DNA of 64,000 bases from Eledone cirrhosa (taxonomy: Eukaryota): positions 34,472,001 to 34,536,000 of the forward strand of contig OZ024742.1 in NCBI GenBank assembly GCA_964016885.1. The letters run 5' to 3'. The notes under the pieces are model-generated. The model had not been told where the DNA came from and did no database searches. It saw only the letters and a list, made by a program, of their open reading frames with translations. The position numbers and the translations under genes were made by a program. Position 1 is the stretch's first letter. The number at the start of each line of letters is the position of its first letter. Positions 15,566 to 29,940 of this stretch are shown here, in pieces.

Positions 15566-16969
15566 TCTAATATGACTGCCAGACATCAAGTTATGATCTA
15601 CCCGAACGCCTCGGTTTTGGGATGATGTTTCTTCAAATCTTGGATAACGGTACGTCCGATATTACAATAACGTTTTTTCAAGTCAATTCGCGCTATTTTC
15701 AAAGGAACATCAGGTAACTATGACCAATAATGAAATAACGCTTCATTAAATCATTTCACTCTACTTTCAAAAGGACAGTGGGTAATGATACTTCTGGTTT
15801 TGAAATAACGATTCTTAAAATCTTGGAAAATGGTACGCCCAGTAGTAAAATAACACTTTAAAAAATATATGAATAAAATGTTATAATAGTACAACGAAGT
15901 TATTTGATATGGTGTGATAATGAAATGGAAGTTAGAAGAGAAAGAAAGTGTAAGGGGTGAAATAAAAAGAATAGAATATTTATCTGTCAATATTCACTCA
16001 CGAGGCATGGAGCGACCTGAAACTATGGTAAATGAAAGGTGCCGAAAATACCACTTAGTGGAATCGAAACTTGGAACTAATGACTGTGAAGGCAACATTA
16101 ATTCGACCATGTTGCATTAACATACAAAGATTGTATCTATACAAAATATCTGTGAGAGAGTGTAGGTCACTCACAGACCTGTCAACTCTCCTCGACTGAC
16201 GGGGAGATCCCCCCGTTTGTACTCATTTCTCACTGTTTCCCCGTTTTGGTGAAAATGGGTCTAGCTTTCATTATATAAATTCTGAGTTCAAATCCCGCCG
16301 AGGTTAACTTTGCCTTTCATCCTGACGGGGTCGATAAAATAAAGTACCAGTAATACACTGGGTAATTTGTTGGCCTTGTGCCAAAAGTAGAAACAATTAT
16401 ATAAAATTTGCTCATTTTGCCTCATTTCTCCCAATTTTGGGGTACCTTTTTCACGGAATTGCCCGTTTGGATTTTTAGAGGTTGTTAGGTGTGCCTCATC
16501 AAATTGACAGTTCACTCTGTCGCAACATTAAGGGCCCCGTTCGGTTTTTCACTGTGACTCTTAAAGATATCGCTGTAAAGAATAAATTCTACTACATGTA
16601 TTGAGTACATTTTTATCTTATTAGTAAATCCAAACACATGAATATAAGAGTTTCTGAGTGTCTTTGTGTGTGTATATGTGTGTCTGGATGTATCTGTACA
16701 CATCACATCCACATCAAAATTACAGCAATTGTTCCATTACTAAACTAATCGATATTAGTCAAAATATCAAGTGCCGGCAAATTGATCTAATACAATGATC
16801 ATTGATTACCTGGTAGCTTAACCAATTATGATTGACGATAATTAATTCTGATTCATTTGCTTTCGGAAGGAAAAGAGCACCCTCTAATAAATGTTGGTGT
16901 GTAAACATATAGGCGCACACATTGCAATATATATATGCATATATATGTATGTTTATATATACGTATATG

Positions 16970-17001
<32 letters not shown>

Positions 17002-17069
17002 TTTATATAAATGTATATATGAATATACATGTATAGATGTGTATATATATATGTATATCCCCCCCCCCC

Positions 17070-17101
<32 letters not shown>

Positions 17102-17121
17102 GTATATCCCCCCCCCCCCCC

Positions 17122-17154
<33 letters not shown>

Positions 17155-17544
17155 GGACGCCCTCACCTTTCTGACTATTCGCCTACTATATATATTAAAC
17201 ATGTGCTTCAGCTGTTTAATATATATAGTAGGCGAATGGTCAGCAAGGTGAGGGCGTCAGATAGAGTGCCTTGTGATATTCTATCCGACGTAAACTTTCT
17301 CTTTCATACTTTCGAAGTTGATAAAAAAATACCAGTCAAAAACTGGTGTTGATTCTTACTCTGTCACTCTTTTCACTTCCTTTCTCTCACTCTTTATCTT
17401 CCTCTGGAAGAAATGTGTCGTACTCAGACCTGGAAAGGGTTGGGTTCTGCCAGGCTTAAATTGCCTAAGAAACGTTGTATACCAATACGGCGCCCTACGA
17501 CTCCATCAGGAGTTACGGGACCATAAGACACACACACACACACG

Positions 17545-17621
<77 letters not shown>

Positions 17622-17710
17622 TTAAACAAAAAAAATAATGACTTCACTTGTAGTTCTAAACAATTTGATTTAAATTTATATGATTTTACAATTTGGTTTT
17701 GTAGATCTAG

Positions 17711-17751
<41 letters not shown>

Positions 17752-18479
17752 ATGTGTAAGTATATATTATCTATATATTCAGGTTCGTGAGGAGTACTCA
17801 ATACTCGAGGATGAAAGGTAAAGTTGACGTGGGTGGGATTAGAACTCAGAGCACGGGAAGCTGAAACTAATAAATAACATGTGTCCCAACCTTTCTGCCG
17901 TCTTTTGATACCGTATACACATATACAAATTTCTAGCTTCATATTAATAGCTTCACATTAAGAGGTGAACAATGTTGAACATTGCTGAACAATGGAGAAT
18001 TGTATGTGATACTATTTTGGGAAGAAACATTAAAACTGCGCTGGATATGTAATATATACAGAAACAATATAATCACTAGTTTCCACTTGAAATAGATTTT
18101 TACTAAAATACTTCAAATTGTAAAGAAAAATGCAAAGAAAAGCAAAGGTTCAGTAAATGTACCCCCCCCCCCCACACACACACACACAAAACACACACAC
18201 ACCACATTCACACACACAAGACACACACGCACACACACACATATATATATATATATAACAGATCACTGTTGAGCTCAGGGGTACTTGTAACCCAGTCTAA
18301 CCTGCTGCATGATCGTGACGACAGTGACTAGACAGGCAAACTCGTCAGGCTTGGTAGGTGAGGAGGTTGATGTTTATACACTTCGCGAGACAAATACCAA
18401 ACTCGGCAAAGATTGGATGAACTCATGAGAGACAACGACCATACAGTAGTGCGTATATATACACATATATGCATATTAG

Positions 18480-18510
<31 letters not shown>

Positions 18511-18843
18511 GCATTTATCCTCACAAACCCGAGGTATTAAGCATGGTGGGTATGGCAAACCACCTGGAGCACATGCCAGACAACATCAACTACCAGCCCT
18601 CAGTCCATAGGGTGCTCTGGAATTACCGCCAAGGACCATCAAATTGACGGAGTTGACTATACGGGGATAGACGGGACCAAGTGGACGAACAACAGCAACA
18701 GAGAATAACCTCATTCGTCCTTTGGGACTCGAATGTTCAAGCCTAACCCATGACTGATGCCGCTCGAGGCAGTCCAGGGAAGGCCTCCTAATCCAGGGGT
18801 GATATTGCCCACCCACCTATATATATTTACGCACACACACACG

Positions 18844-18874
<31 letters not shown>

Positions 18875-19646
18875 TTATATGTATATATATCAAATTATAA
18901 TTGCAGCAACGAGAGATGGCACATAACAAATCGTGTCAGATAATAGGGGATAAAGTTCCTTATCCCCTATTATCTGACATAATATATTATGTGTCTTCTC
19001 TCATTGCTAATGATGTCACAACTGTGTGATAAAGAACTTTGATAAACTATATATATATATATATATCAATGATTGCCAGCAAAGTGTACAATAGCTGTAG
19101 GGAGAAAAACGACATTTTCACGAATGGGCAAACTATGATCATAGAGTTAAGTGATCATTATAAACCTAGGATCAAACAACAAAAACAAAAGTAATAACTG
19201 TTTCTACTTTTTGGCTCAAGGCCAGCAATTATCCCAGTACATTACTGGTACTTTATTTTATCGACCCCGTAAGGATGAAAGGCAAAGTTAACCTCGGCGG
19301 GAATTGAACTCAGATCGTAAAGGGACGTAACTATGCTGGAAAGCATAATCCAACCCTCTACCGATACTGCCAATTCACCACAAACCAATGGGAGATACTC
19401 AAACGATCACTTGACAAACTATCAAATCTGTCCCAGTTAACCTAAGGCAGTACAACATTGATAACACATAACACAGTCATATTTACAAACACTCTCAAAC
19501 ATAAATACTCATACAATCACATACGTTTATTGCTCTATTGTATAAATCTTTATAACTTTATTGACAAAATGTCTCATGTCACTGTGACATTTGTGACAAT
19601 TATTTGTTCAATATTTTCCAATTATATATATATATATATATTTTCC

Positions 19647-19701
<55 letters not shown>

Positions 19702-19734
19702 GTATATATATATTATATATGTATATATATATTA

Positions 19735-19793
<59 letters not shown>

Positions 19794-19795
19794 GT

Positions 19796-19828
<33 letters not shown>

Positions 19829-20217
19829 GTGTATGTATGTATATATGTATGCATGCATATATGCATGGATGCATGCATATATGTGTGCATTTATTTATGT
19901 GCATATGTATATATTTGTGTGTGTATCCCATTCCGAATGTCATTTTTCGAAGATTGATTTCCGAAAGTAATTTTAGAAATGTATTTTTTTTTTCAAATGT
20001 CATGAACTTAGCGTACGCACACAGACTAACACAAACATATGCTTCATGCGCACTCAAATACACACACACATATACACACATATACTTGCACTATGAAGGC
20101 TTATCGTTCTCAGTCGTGTTCCACTGTGGAGAAGTAATATACGGAGACGTACATACAAATTTACAAATATATCATACACGTAAGCACACACATGCATGCA
20201 CACACACAGAAACACGA

Positions 20218-20277
<60 letters not shown>

Positions 20278-20564
20278 TGAGAGGGAGAGAAGGGGGAGAG
20301 AAAGAGAGAGAGACAGAAAGATGAATAGATAGATAAATAGATAGATATATTTCTTTATTTACCATAAAGGCATAAAAAGAAGGGACAAATACAAAGGGGG
20401 AGTTTACATAAAATCGAGTAAAAAGGGTATAAAATGAAAATAATCGAAAACAACCTCACAAGGGAGGGGACGTGATGGGGGTTGCACACACCCCCGAAAA
20501 AGTGTGCAATCCTTTGCCCGGGGAGCACATGGAGAAGGTGCTCGCCCCTCCTTCACTTCTTTAC

Positions 20565-23500
20565 CTACAGGATGGTATACAGAGAAGGCGCATTTACACG
20601 AGCCATTCTCGCCACTATCACCCACCTTTCATAAAACTGCCTGTGGCCAAGCACCTCTCTCTCCATTCTTATCCTTCTTCCGAAGTGATATCGGAAGAAG
20701 TAGACCAGACTATGGCGAGAGAGGACATTGCCTGACCTCAGACCTTTCAATCGTGTCCACCAAACAACCTCTTTCAACATGGCTATTACGCACAGAAAAA
20801 CCGCCTTTGCTTCCTTTGTGAAGAGGGGAGGCGGCTTGATTGTCATCACGGACTCGGTGGTCAATCGAATCGGCGCCACCCGCGACAGCAGTCGTTCGGC
20901 GTAGCCCCACAGATCAGCCACGCCCGGACATTGCACCAATGCGTGCGCAACGGTTTCTTCGTGACGCACGCATCTAGGGCAAATCTTTTTCGAGGGATCC
21001 CTGCCCGGGCGCCTGTGTCTGTAGAGCCTCTCTCGAACGGGTAGAGCCCCCCGGTAGCACTGCCAGGCTAGTGACTTCTGGAAGTTGTCCATTGGTCCCG
21101 TGCCGAAAGTCCTACCGAACAGGCTGGCCAGTTCGTCCTCTTCCATGTCCAGCGACTCTCCAAGGGTGTCATCGCCCCTGCTAGCCACCAGCCCTCTATA
21201 GAATGATGAGGTGGATTCTCCACCGATGGCCTGGCCCGCTTGCCAGAGAGCCCTGAGCGCCTGGGCACACTCAGTGTGCCAGTCTCCCAGTTTTCCGGAT
21301 CTTTGCTTGACCCAGGACTGCAGCTCGGTGAGCGAGACGAGTCTCGGAAAGGCTCGTTTCACGAACGGAGCCCACTCCGGTTGACCAGTGAGGCATACCT
21401 GTAGGTGCCGTAGCCTTAATGCGTGCCTACGCATCATCAACCACGGCATCCCCAGCCCTCCTTTCGAAGGCTGTTGGCAGCAGATAGATCTTCTCACCAT
21501 AGGAGGGCGCTTCTTCCAAAGAAATTGGAAGAGCATGCGTTCCATGGTGGTGAGTGTTTCCTTAGGGTAAGGCACGACAGTCAGGCGGTAGTAAGTGACG
21601 GACGCTATGTAAATGTTCGCCACCTCCGCCCGGCATTTAGGGACAGTTTACACTTGGCCCATTTCTGGGTTAGTGCAAACACCTTGTTCGTAACTTCGTC
21701 CCAGTTCTTTTCCACCTGGAGGTCCGGTCCAAACCAGACCCCAAGCAACTTCACCGGGCCCTCCGTCCAGTGTCCGACGACACCGTCGGGAGGCATCGGT
21801 CTGCCTCTCCACGTTCCGAGTTGCAGCCCGATGGATTTTTCCCGGTTCAGTTTCGCTCCTGACAACCTTTCGTATTCCTCCAGTAAGGTACCGATCGCCT
21901 CGATCTCCGAGTCGGTTGATACCATTACTGTTTCGTCATCGGCGTAGGCCGACACCGCTTTGCTCAATCCTGGTTCCAGGGGGATACCCTGCAACAACTC
22001 CAACTTCCTCAGTAAAGGCTCGAGAGTCAATACGTACAGAAGGGAGGAGAGAGGGCACCGCTGTCGAATGGATCGTGTGATTTCGAACGGCTTCGAAAGG
22101 TAGCCGTTCACCTTGATCCTAGAACAGATGTGGTTGCTATGTAGGGCAGTGATCCAGCCTCTGAAAACAGGACCGAACCCAGCCGCCGCTAGCACCGCAT
22201 CCAGGTAACCATGGTCGACCCTATTGAAGGCCTTAGACTGATCCAAGTTGATCAGGGCCCCCACCGAAGCCGGGTTTGTTGCCAACCCTCTCTATGATGT
22301 ATCGCATGAGGTGGAGGTTATCGTGAATGGACCTGGATGGGATAGCACATGTCTGCGCATCTCCCACCAGGCCACCCACGACAGGCGCCAACCTCTTTGC
22401 TAACACCTTGGCCAAAATCTTTAACTCTGTGTTTAGCAGGGTTATGGGCCGAAACTTATTTATACTATCCCCCTTGTTCACATCCTTCCTCACCAGCGAG
22501 ACGACGCCCTTGGCTACAGAACAAGGAATTCTCCCGTTCTGCTGCCAATTGCAGTAGACCGCTTCGAGGAGTTCGGAGAAGAAGACCGGCATTGCTAAAT
22601 AAAGTTCGTAAGGTATACCATCAAGACCTGGAGATTTGCGTCTGCTGCATTGGCTCAGCGCATCCCCGATCTCATCAGCCGAGATTGGTCCCTCGCAGGA
22701 CGCTGCCTCTTCGTTCGAGAGACGCGGCATGCCGTCGGGGTATGGACCGAAATTCACGTCCCCGCTCGGACCCTCGCCTCCCCCGAACAATCGGGCAAAG
22801 TGCCTTTGAAAGGCCTTGCACATCTGCTTAGGCTCCCGGATCACCCGTCCATCCTCGTCTTGCAAAGACCGGATGGTGGATCGATTTCCACTCTTAGCTT
22901 CTGTCACGCGGGCCCAGCAAACGGCTTTGGCCCCCTCATTACCTAGAGCACGTATTTTACTTCGAATGACGCAGCCTTCGTGCTTTGCATCGAAAAACTG
23001 ATTCAAGGCCGTCCTCGATGCCAGCACTCTGGCCACATCTTCGCTCTTGATTGCCTCTTCTAATTTACCTGTTAATTCTTTCTCGTTTCTATTCCTATCG
23101 GCAGCTAACATCTTGCTATAACTTATTGATTCTGTTCTAATCTCTCTTTTGAGAAAGGCCCACCATCGGTTGTTGACGATTGCACCCGTCAACCTCTCCT
23201 TAACTAATCTGCTAATCCGGTTTCTGTAAGTCTCTTTTGCCGGTAAAGACAAATTAAGTTTCCAGTAACCGGGACCCTGTTTATGTGTTTTCTCGAGATT
23301 GACTACGCAGGTCACTAATTTGTGATCCGTATAGCCAACCGTGAACATTACTGGACAGCTTAATATGTCCCTATCCTTACTTCTAACTAAGAATCTATCT
23401 AAGTACGATCTAGATTGACCACTGTGGTTCGTCCAAGTCCAGGTTGGCTCAGTTGGAAAATCTAGTCGATATCTATCGACCAAGTTAAAACGGTCGAGTA

Positions 23501-24001
23501 ACCCCTTGAGGCTATTACACCCCCTCTATTAGGACATGCTCCTGTATAGTCCCAACGTGCATCTAGGATGTCATTCCAATCCCCCGCTAGAAGCAGGGAA
23601 CGCAACGTTCCCAGAAAAGTCTCCAAACGCTGGAAGAAGTCGGGCCGTTCAGCTCCGAAAGAGGAGTAGACGGCGACCAGTCTCAAGGCCGCACCTTCAC
23701 TACTGCCAACGTCTAGCACCAACAAACGACCCTCCGGGTCCGAATGAACAACCTGTACGGCGAGACCCAGGTGTTTTTCCAGCAGTACGACAACCCCACC
23801 CCCACCTCCAGGTTGACAGAGAGATGCATGCACCTCAAAGTCATCGAAGGTAGGGGCTAGCTGCCGCACGACGCTGATCCGAGTCTCACAGATAACCATT
23901 ACATTTATACCACGTGACCTGAGGTCATTTAGAAGCTTTGCATGCTTCTAAGTTGAGCCCAGGCCACGTGCATTCAAACATCCTACTCTTAACACATCCA
24001 T
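20565..24001 (-). pseudogene. LINE ORF2 (APE endonuclease, RT, C-terminal CCHC), frameshifted
   Basis: GDWN, SYLDRF, TDHK (APE); KSPGLDG, FRPITLLN, YADD (RT); CPRC-x8-H-x4-C. Split over four ORFs, plus a TGG>TAG stop near 23949. Confidence 0.92.
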
Positions 24002-24034
24002 GTGGGCGGCAAAGCCAAAGGAGAGTGTAGAGAC

Positions 24035-25919
24035 CTACCTTTCTGCTTCCCGGGGTTCGGGTCGCACGACTTCCATGGGATCTGGGGTGTTGGGTGAAGG
24101 GGTGTCTTGTGGTGGTGTGGGGTCGTCAGTGTGTGGTGGGGTTGGGGTATTTGGAGTTGTGTTGGGGAGGGGAAGGGGAGGGGGAAAGCTTTTTAGTAGG
24201 ACTAGGTTTATGGGTTTGACAGAGGGTGGTCCTACGTCCTCCTTAAAATCCTTTTTTAGTTTTTGGTAGAGGTTCATTGGGATCTTTATTAATTTTAAAT
24301 GTGGGTAGTTTTCTGAAGAAACAAAGTTTACACCTTCCGTTTGTTACGAAGGGTTATTTTTTATGAGTTCATTTAATTCATTATTGTTTCTGTTGATGTA
24401 AGTATAGTGTAATGTCTTTTTTTCGGATGGTGTGAGTGTTTCGAAGAGGGGAGGGGCGGGTTTGGTTTTGTTTGTTGCTGGAGGGTTGTTTTGTGTTTTG
24501 TTGGATTATGTTGACATTTGGGTAGGGGTTGTTTGGCCTTGTGTGTTTTGCACATGTTTTCTTTTTTCCTTTTAATCTGTCTGAAGGACTCCGTTTCTTC
24601 CTCCGAATTCGTTGGGTTATCTTCAGTGTTGGAGGGAAGAGGTATGTTTGCTGGTAATGTTTCCGTGTTGGTTTTCTTTGTGAGGGAGATGGATGTCACT
24701 ATGTTAGACTATGTTGTGTCTGCGGTGGTTGTGTTGTTTTATTGAGTGAGGTGTTGGGTGGGACTGTATTTTGTTTTTGGGTAATGTGTTGTGACTGTTT
24801 GTGTTGTGGTGGTGGTGTAGTTTTACTGAGGGACGGGTTGGGTGGGACTGAGTTTTGTTGTTTGTTTATCTGTTGTGGTGGTGGTGGAGCTGGTGTTGGT
24901 AGCAGGGTTTTCTTTTTGTTGAGTTGGGGACAAGCCGCCTTCAGGTGCCCTCTGCCTGCACAGATATGACAGGACGGCCTTCTCCCCTCCACGCTAATGT
25001 TTATATACCCGTGGCCCTCTAATAGGATTCTGTCGGGTATTTGGGCGATGCGTTCAGGCTTCATTTGCACTACAAGTTCTATACCTGTTCCACTGAACGC
25101 ATTGCCTGTGGTTTTCCCAATGGAAATCACGTTGTCATTCGCTGGCTATGAGCCAGCAGTAGTCCACATCTGGCATCATTGCATCCAGCCATATGCGCTG
25201 AGTTCTTTTCCCCATATATGATGGATAAAAGGTAAAATTTGTCGAACGAATCGGTGACAAAGCACATTTTTTTGTCGCCGATTCGTTCTTCATAATAATC
25301 GCTAGGCTTCCATACAGTCTGTCTTTTCTTATGAAAGTGGTTTCATTAAGTACTTCTATAAGTACTGCTTTGATTTCTGTTTGTGTTGGCTGATGAGGTT
25401 TTTTAGAAATGTTGTTGATGGTGCGGAAAACGACCGTTCGACTTTCAATGTCTTTGGTGAGTTCTTGAGGCATTTTTACCGATAAAATACCATTTTCCCA
25501 TTCAGTTATGTATTGTTTGGCGTCTGTAATTCTTTGTGCCACATCTGAAATATTTTCAGGTATATATGTCAAAGATTTCTAGTTGTTTGTGCAAATGAAA
25601 TATTATTGGTGTTGACTTTGTCGTCTGCTTTGCTTTCTGTTATGATGTTGTTTTCAAATGTTATTTTTGTGTTTGTTGTGTCTTTGTTTGTGGTATTAAT
25701 ATTGTCATGCAATTTTTCAAATTTTTTTTTTTCGTTGTTGGAATCAATGTCCAGATTTGTGTTTTCGTCATTTTTCTCCGCAGATTCGTCTGTTTTTATT
25801 TTATTTTTTCTTTCCTTCTCTATGACGTTAGTTGGGAAGGAAGGGGGGACTAAAGCGTGCGAGCTAACAACTCTTACCGCTGTCCCCCCACCACTATTTT
25901 CGTTAGCTTCGTTTAACAT
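24035..25919 (-). pseudogene. LINE ORF1 with zinc knuckle, fragmented
   Basis: CHICAGRGHLKAAC (CX2CX4HX4C) and a Pro/Gln/Thr-rich tail; several frameshifts relative to copy 2. Confidence 0.85.
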
Positions 25920-26423
25920 TTCTCTCAGACGATTGAAATTTTTATGCCACAAAATGTTTAAAACAGGTTTTTCACCCCTGGGAGGGGCAAAGATGAGCTG
26001 CCCCACCGCCTGACAGTTCAGACGGGGGGTCAAACTACACAATAGTATCAAAATTAAAATTGAACTTACAAAATTTCCGCAATAAATTTGAACAAAACTT
26101 CTGCGCGAAGTGTATTACATCTACGCTGTAGAACAGACGACAGCTAGATTGATAGATAAATAGATAGATAGATAGAAAGATAGATGTATTGGTTTCTTAT
26201 ATAGGCACAAGGCCAGCAATTTGGGGAGAGGAGAAAGTCGATGAAATCGAACCCAGTGTGTTACTGGTACTTTACTTTATCGACCCCGTAAGGATGAAAG
26301 GCAAAATTAACATCGGCGGATTTCAACTCAGATCATAAAGGGCCATAACTCTATGCTGCAAAGCTCGGCGTCCGACCCTATACCGATACTGCCATCGAAC
26401 TGATGAAATATATAGAAGAATTG

Positions 26424-26948
<525 letters not shown>

Positions 26949-27059
26949 TATATATATATATAGGCTTAAAATTAAGAAGAAAGCAAGAACGGGGGCGGGG
27001 AGTTTTCCTAATCAGTTGTCTATGTAGACATCTTGATAGAAGGATATGCTGGAACTGAC

Positions 27060-27960
27060 GAAACATAGATGAATGGATGTCTACGTAACTACAGTGTTAC
27101 ATTAATATGACATATTACAATGTTTTCTTTAGAAACATTCAAACCAAACAGAATAGTTGCTAAGAGAAAGTAAAAAATGAAAGCCGAATAAGAATGTCGT
27201 TGGGTGGTTTTACAGATAGCAGTAAACAGATTTCAGCACGATCACATCTATACCTTGTAAGCAAAAAATAAAGAAAATATTTTGTTAGTTCCACATTTCG
27301 TCTTAATATTATTATTTTATTCAATTTTGAGCAGAAATGTCGTCGATCGAACATTGAATCGGGTGGTTATTGTTGTGTTGTTTCTTGTTAATGGTTAGAC
27401 TGCTAAAGAAAAGTCTAGGATCATTTACGGGACATCCAAAAATGGTGGGATGAAAGTAGTGAGAAAACCGCTAAAAACATCTCCGGGCTAACCGGTGGTG
27501 TTACGAATGGCTACAGATGAACTCTACCACAGTGTTGTAATAGGTTTTGTTCTTAGAAATCCTATGTGACGTCTGATCAAGCAGAACTGCGATGATAAGT
27601 GTTGCAACTGTGACAGCTGAAGGAAACATTATTCAATATTTCCATCTTTAAATTAAAAGATAAGATGTAATTTGGTGGAAAATTGACTTCAATATCTAAC
27701 ATGTTTAGTGACAATGCAGAGGTTCATTCGTTGATTCTTACTAAATCAGTTTGAAAGTAGAAGTGACAGTGATATTGATATATTTGGCAACTAAATCTTC
27801 ATGCTCTAGTTTCTCTTGGCTTCATTTAATTTCACTTCTCATGTCTTCAAGATTAGGAAAAGAAAAAAAACTTATAATATCTAGACTCGCTTTTCTTAGA
27901 TACCACAGCTTTGTATTGTTGGTACTAGTGTTTCTGTGTTATACAAATTAACAACACTCC
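27060..27960 (-). pseudogene. Possible highly decayed PLE RT/EN relic
   Basis: Hand-translated scraps (HEDLVAKYI, LNMLDIEVNF) loosely resemble the QVTDLVGLF and VNFLDITLNL segments of the PLE at 40.5 kb. Confidence 0.3.
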
Positions 27961-28063
27961 CCTTCCTCATCTGTTCTCATGAGATGTTCCAAAATCAAAC
28001 CTCGGTAAAATGTTGATATATATAAAATTCATATATATTTTGCCGTATATTTTCCGTGGGTGA

Positions 28064-28097
<34 letters not shown>

Positions 28098-28118
28098 GTG
28101 TTTTTGTGTGTGTGTGTG

Positions 28119-28222
<104 letters not shown>

Positions 28223-28480
28223 GGAAAATATATATACCCAGGACCTAGGTAATTATTGAACCCATAAATGGGGCCCTATATATGGGTATGACATTAAACT
28301 GCATCGAGTGGCAAGGCTCCGGTTCGGGAGCTTAGGAGCTGTGGGGGAATGTGGAGTTATCCCTTAGTTGCTATCACTCCCAGTTCTGCCCTGGCCCGGA
28401 GTAGTAGTACCTGTCAGGGCACCATTTATGGGTTAAAGAATATATCAGCCATTGAAAAGAAATATCGGGAATTTTACCCG

Positions 28481-28526
<46 letters not shown>

Positions 28527-28537
28527 GTGTTTGTGTG

Positions 28538-28593
<56 letters not shown>

Positions 28594-29147
28594 TGTGTGT
28601 GTGTGTGTGTGTATTTATGGTGATGATGAAGTTTTATCTGTACAAATACACAACAGGATTAACTGAGATTGAGTTAAGGTTATATTTAAATGTACGAGTT
28701 TTTAGTATATATACAATATAACATGCTAAACATGAATATTTCCCTGTATATTGTAAAATGACGAATACATTTAACCGATTTTCAAGCCTAGCTGAAATCA
28801 GAAGGCATATATACTGTATCATCCAAACAACCACAACGAAATATGTAATCCATGTTCTTCCGTGCCCTGTCACGTGTTGTAGTATCTGGGAATGGACGTA
28901 CACATTCGTATATTATTAACTCATGTTGGTAGTTAATTTACATACATATTAAGTTGGCCGCTATGTAACCGATGTATATGATAAATTTAAATCTCATGTA
29001 AATATGCCAAAATGTATGTATATAAATATATGTATGCATTATGTATGGGTGGAACGTTTCCACGAACCAATTTATCGTCTTCCTGTCTTCCTCCGGTTGC
29101 AACGTTTTTTGAAATATTTACTTATGCGTTTACAGATTGACTTTGTT

Positions 29148-29198
29148 AGTTTCAGAAGATCCCGTTAAGGATGAAAGCAGCGATTCTTTGCTTAAACT
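29148..29198 (+). ncRNA. Hammerhead variant with CAGAAGA core (U4A)
   Basis: agttt-CAGAAGA-tcccgttaaggat-GAAA-gca(gcgattctt)tgc-TT-aaact. Confidence 0.55.
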
Positions 29199-29209
29199 TT
29201 AATCTGTTA

Positions 29210-29260
<51 letters not shown>

Positions 29261-29357
29261 TCCCAATATCACACATCAATCTAAAACCACTTTTCATATG
29301 TTGATTTAAAACTGCACTATCAACAAGTGTTTTTTTAGCCTTCATATCATGTTCTCC

Positions 29358-29428
29358 TGTTTTATCTGATGAAAACACAAATATTATTGTTTGATGATGT
29401 TTGTTTTTGAAATGCGCATAATAAAATA
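29358..29428 (+). ncRNA. Type I hammerhead ribozyme (family A)
   Basis: tgttttat-CTGATGA-...-GAAA-tgcgca-TA-ataaaata. Confidence 0.85.
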
Positions 29429-29552
29429 TATTGAACTCCTTTAACCATCTTTTGATCTTATATTATGCATACTCCAGTCCCACAAACTGTAGAGTGCTTC
29501 TTATCCGATATCTGCATTGCTTTATTGTACTACAATAAAACTCACCTCCTAC

Positions 29553-29614
<62 letters not shown>

Positions 29615-29802
29615 ATATATATATAAACATTGTAAAGTGAAACTTCGTTATCTCTTACATAATATATAGACACTGCTATAGTACAGAGTGCTCATATTGA
29701 GCCCCCAGTAAAAAACTGAATAATCTACGCACACCAATCCATATACCCCCAACACACACACACACATATATATAATTATGTTAGATACATACATATATAC
29801 AT

Positions 29803-29853
<51 letters not shown>

Positions 29854-29861
29854 CGTATATA

Positions 29862-29934
<73 letters not shown>

Positions 29935-29940
<6 letters not shown>

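Larger units (their letters stand above)
20348..26150 (-). mobile_element. Full-length L1/Tx1-clade non-LTR retrotransposon, copy 1 (inactivated)
   Basis: 20-bp TSD gatagataaatagatagata at 20328-20347 and 26151-26170; 5' end aatctagctgtcgtctg identical to copy 2; aataaa at the 3' end. Confidence 0.92.

Noticed and set aside
18700-18735. gagtcccaaaggacgaa on the minus strand resembling hammerhead stem II
   Set aside because: No CUGANGA core and no stem III or UH site.
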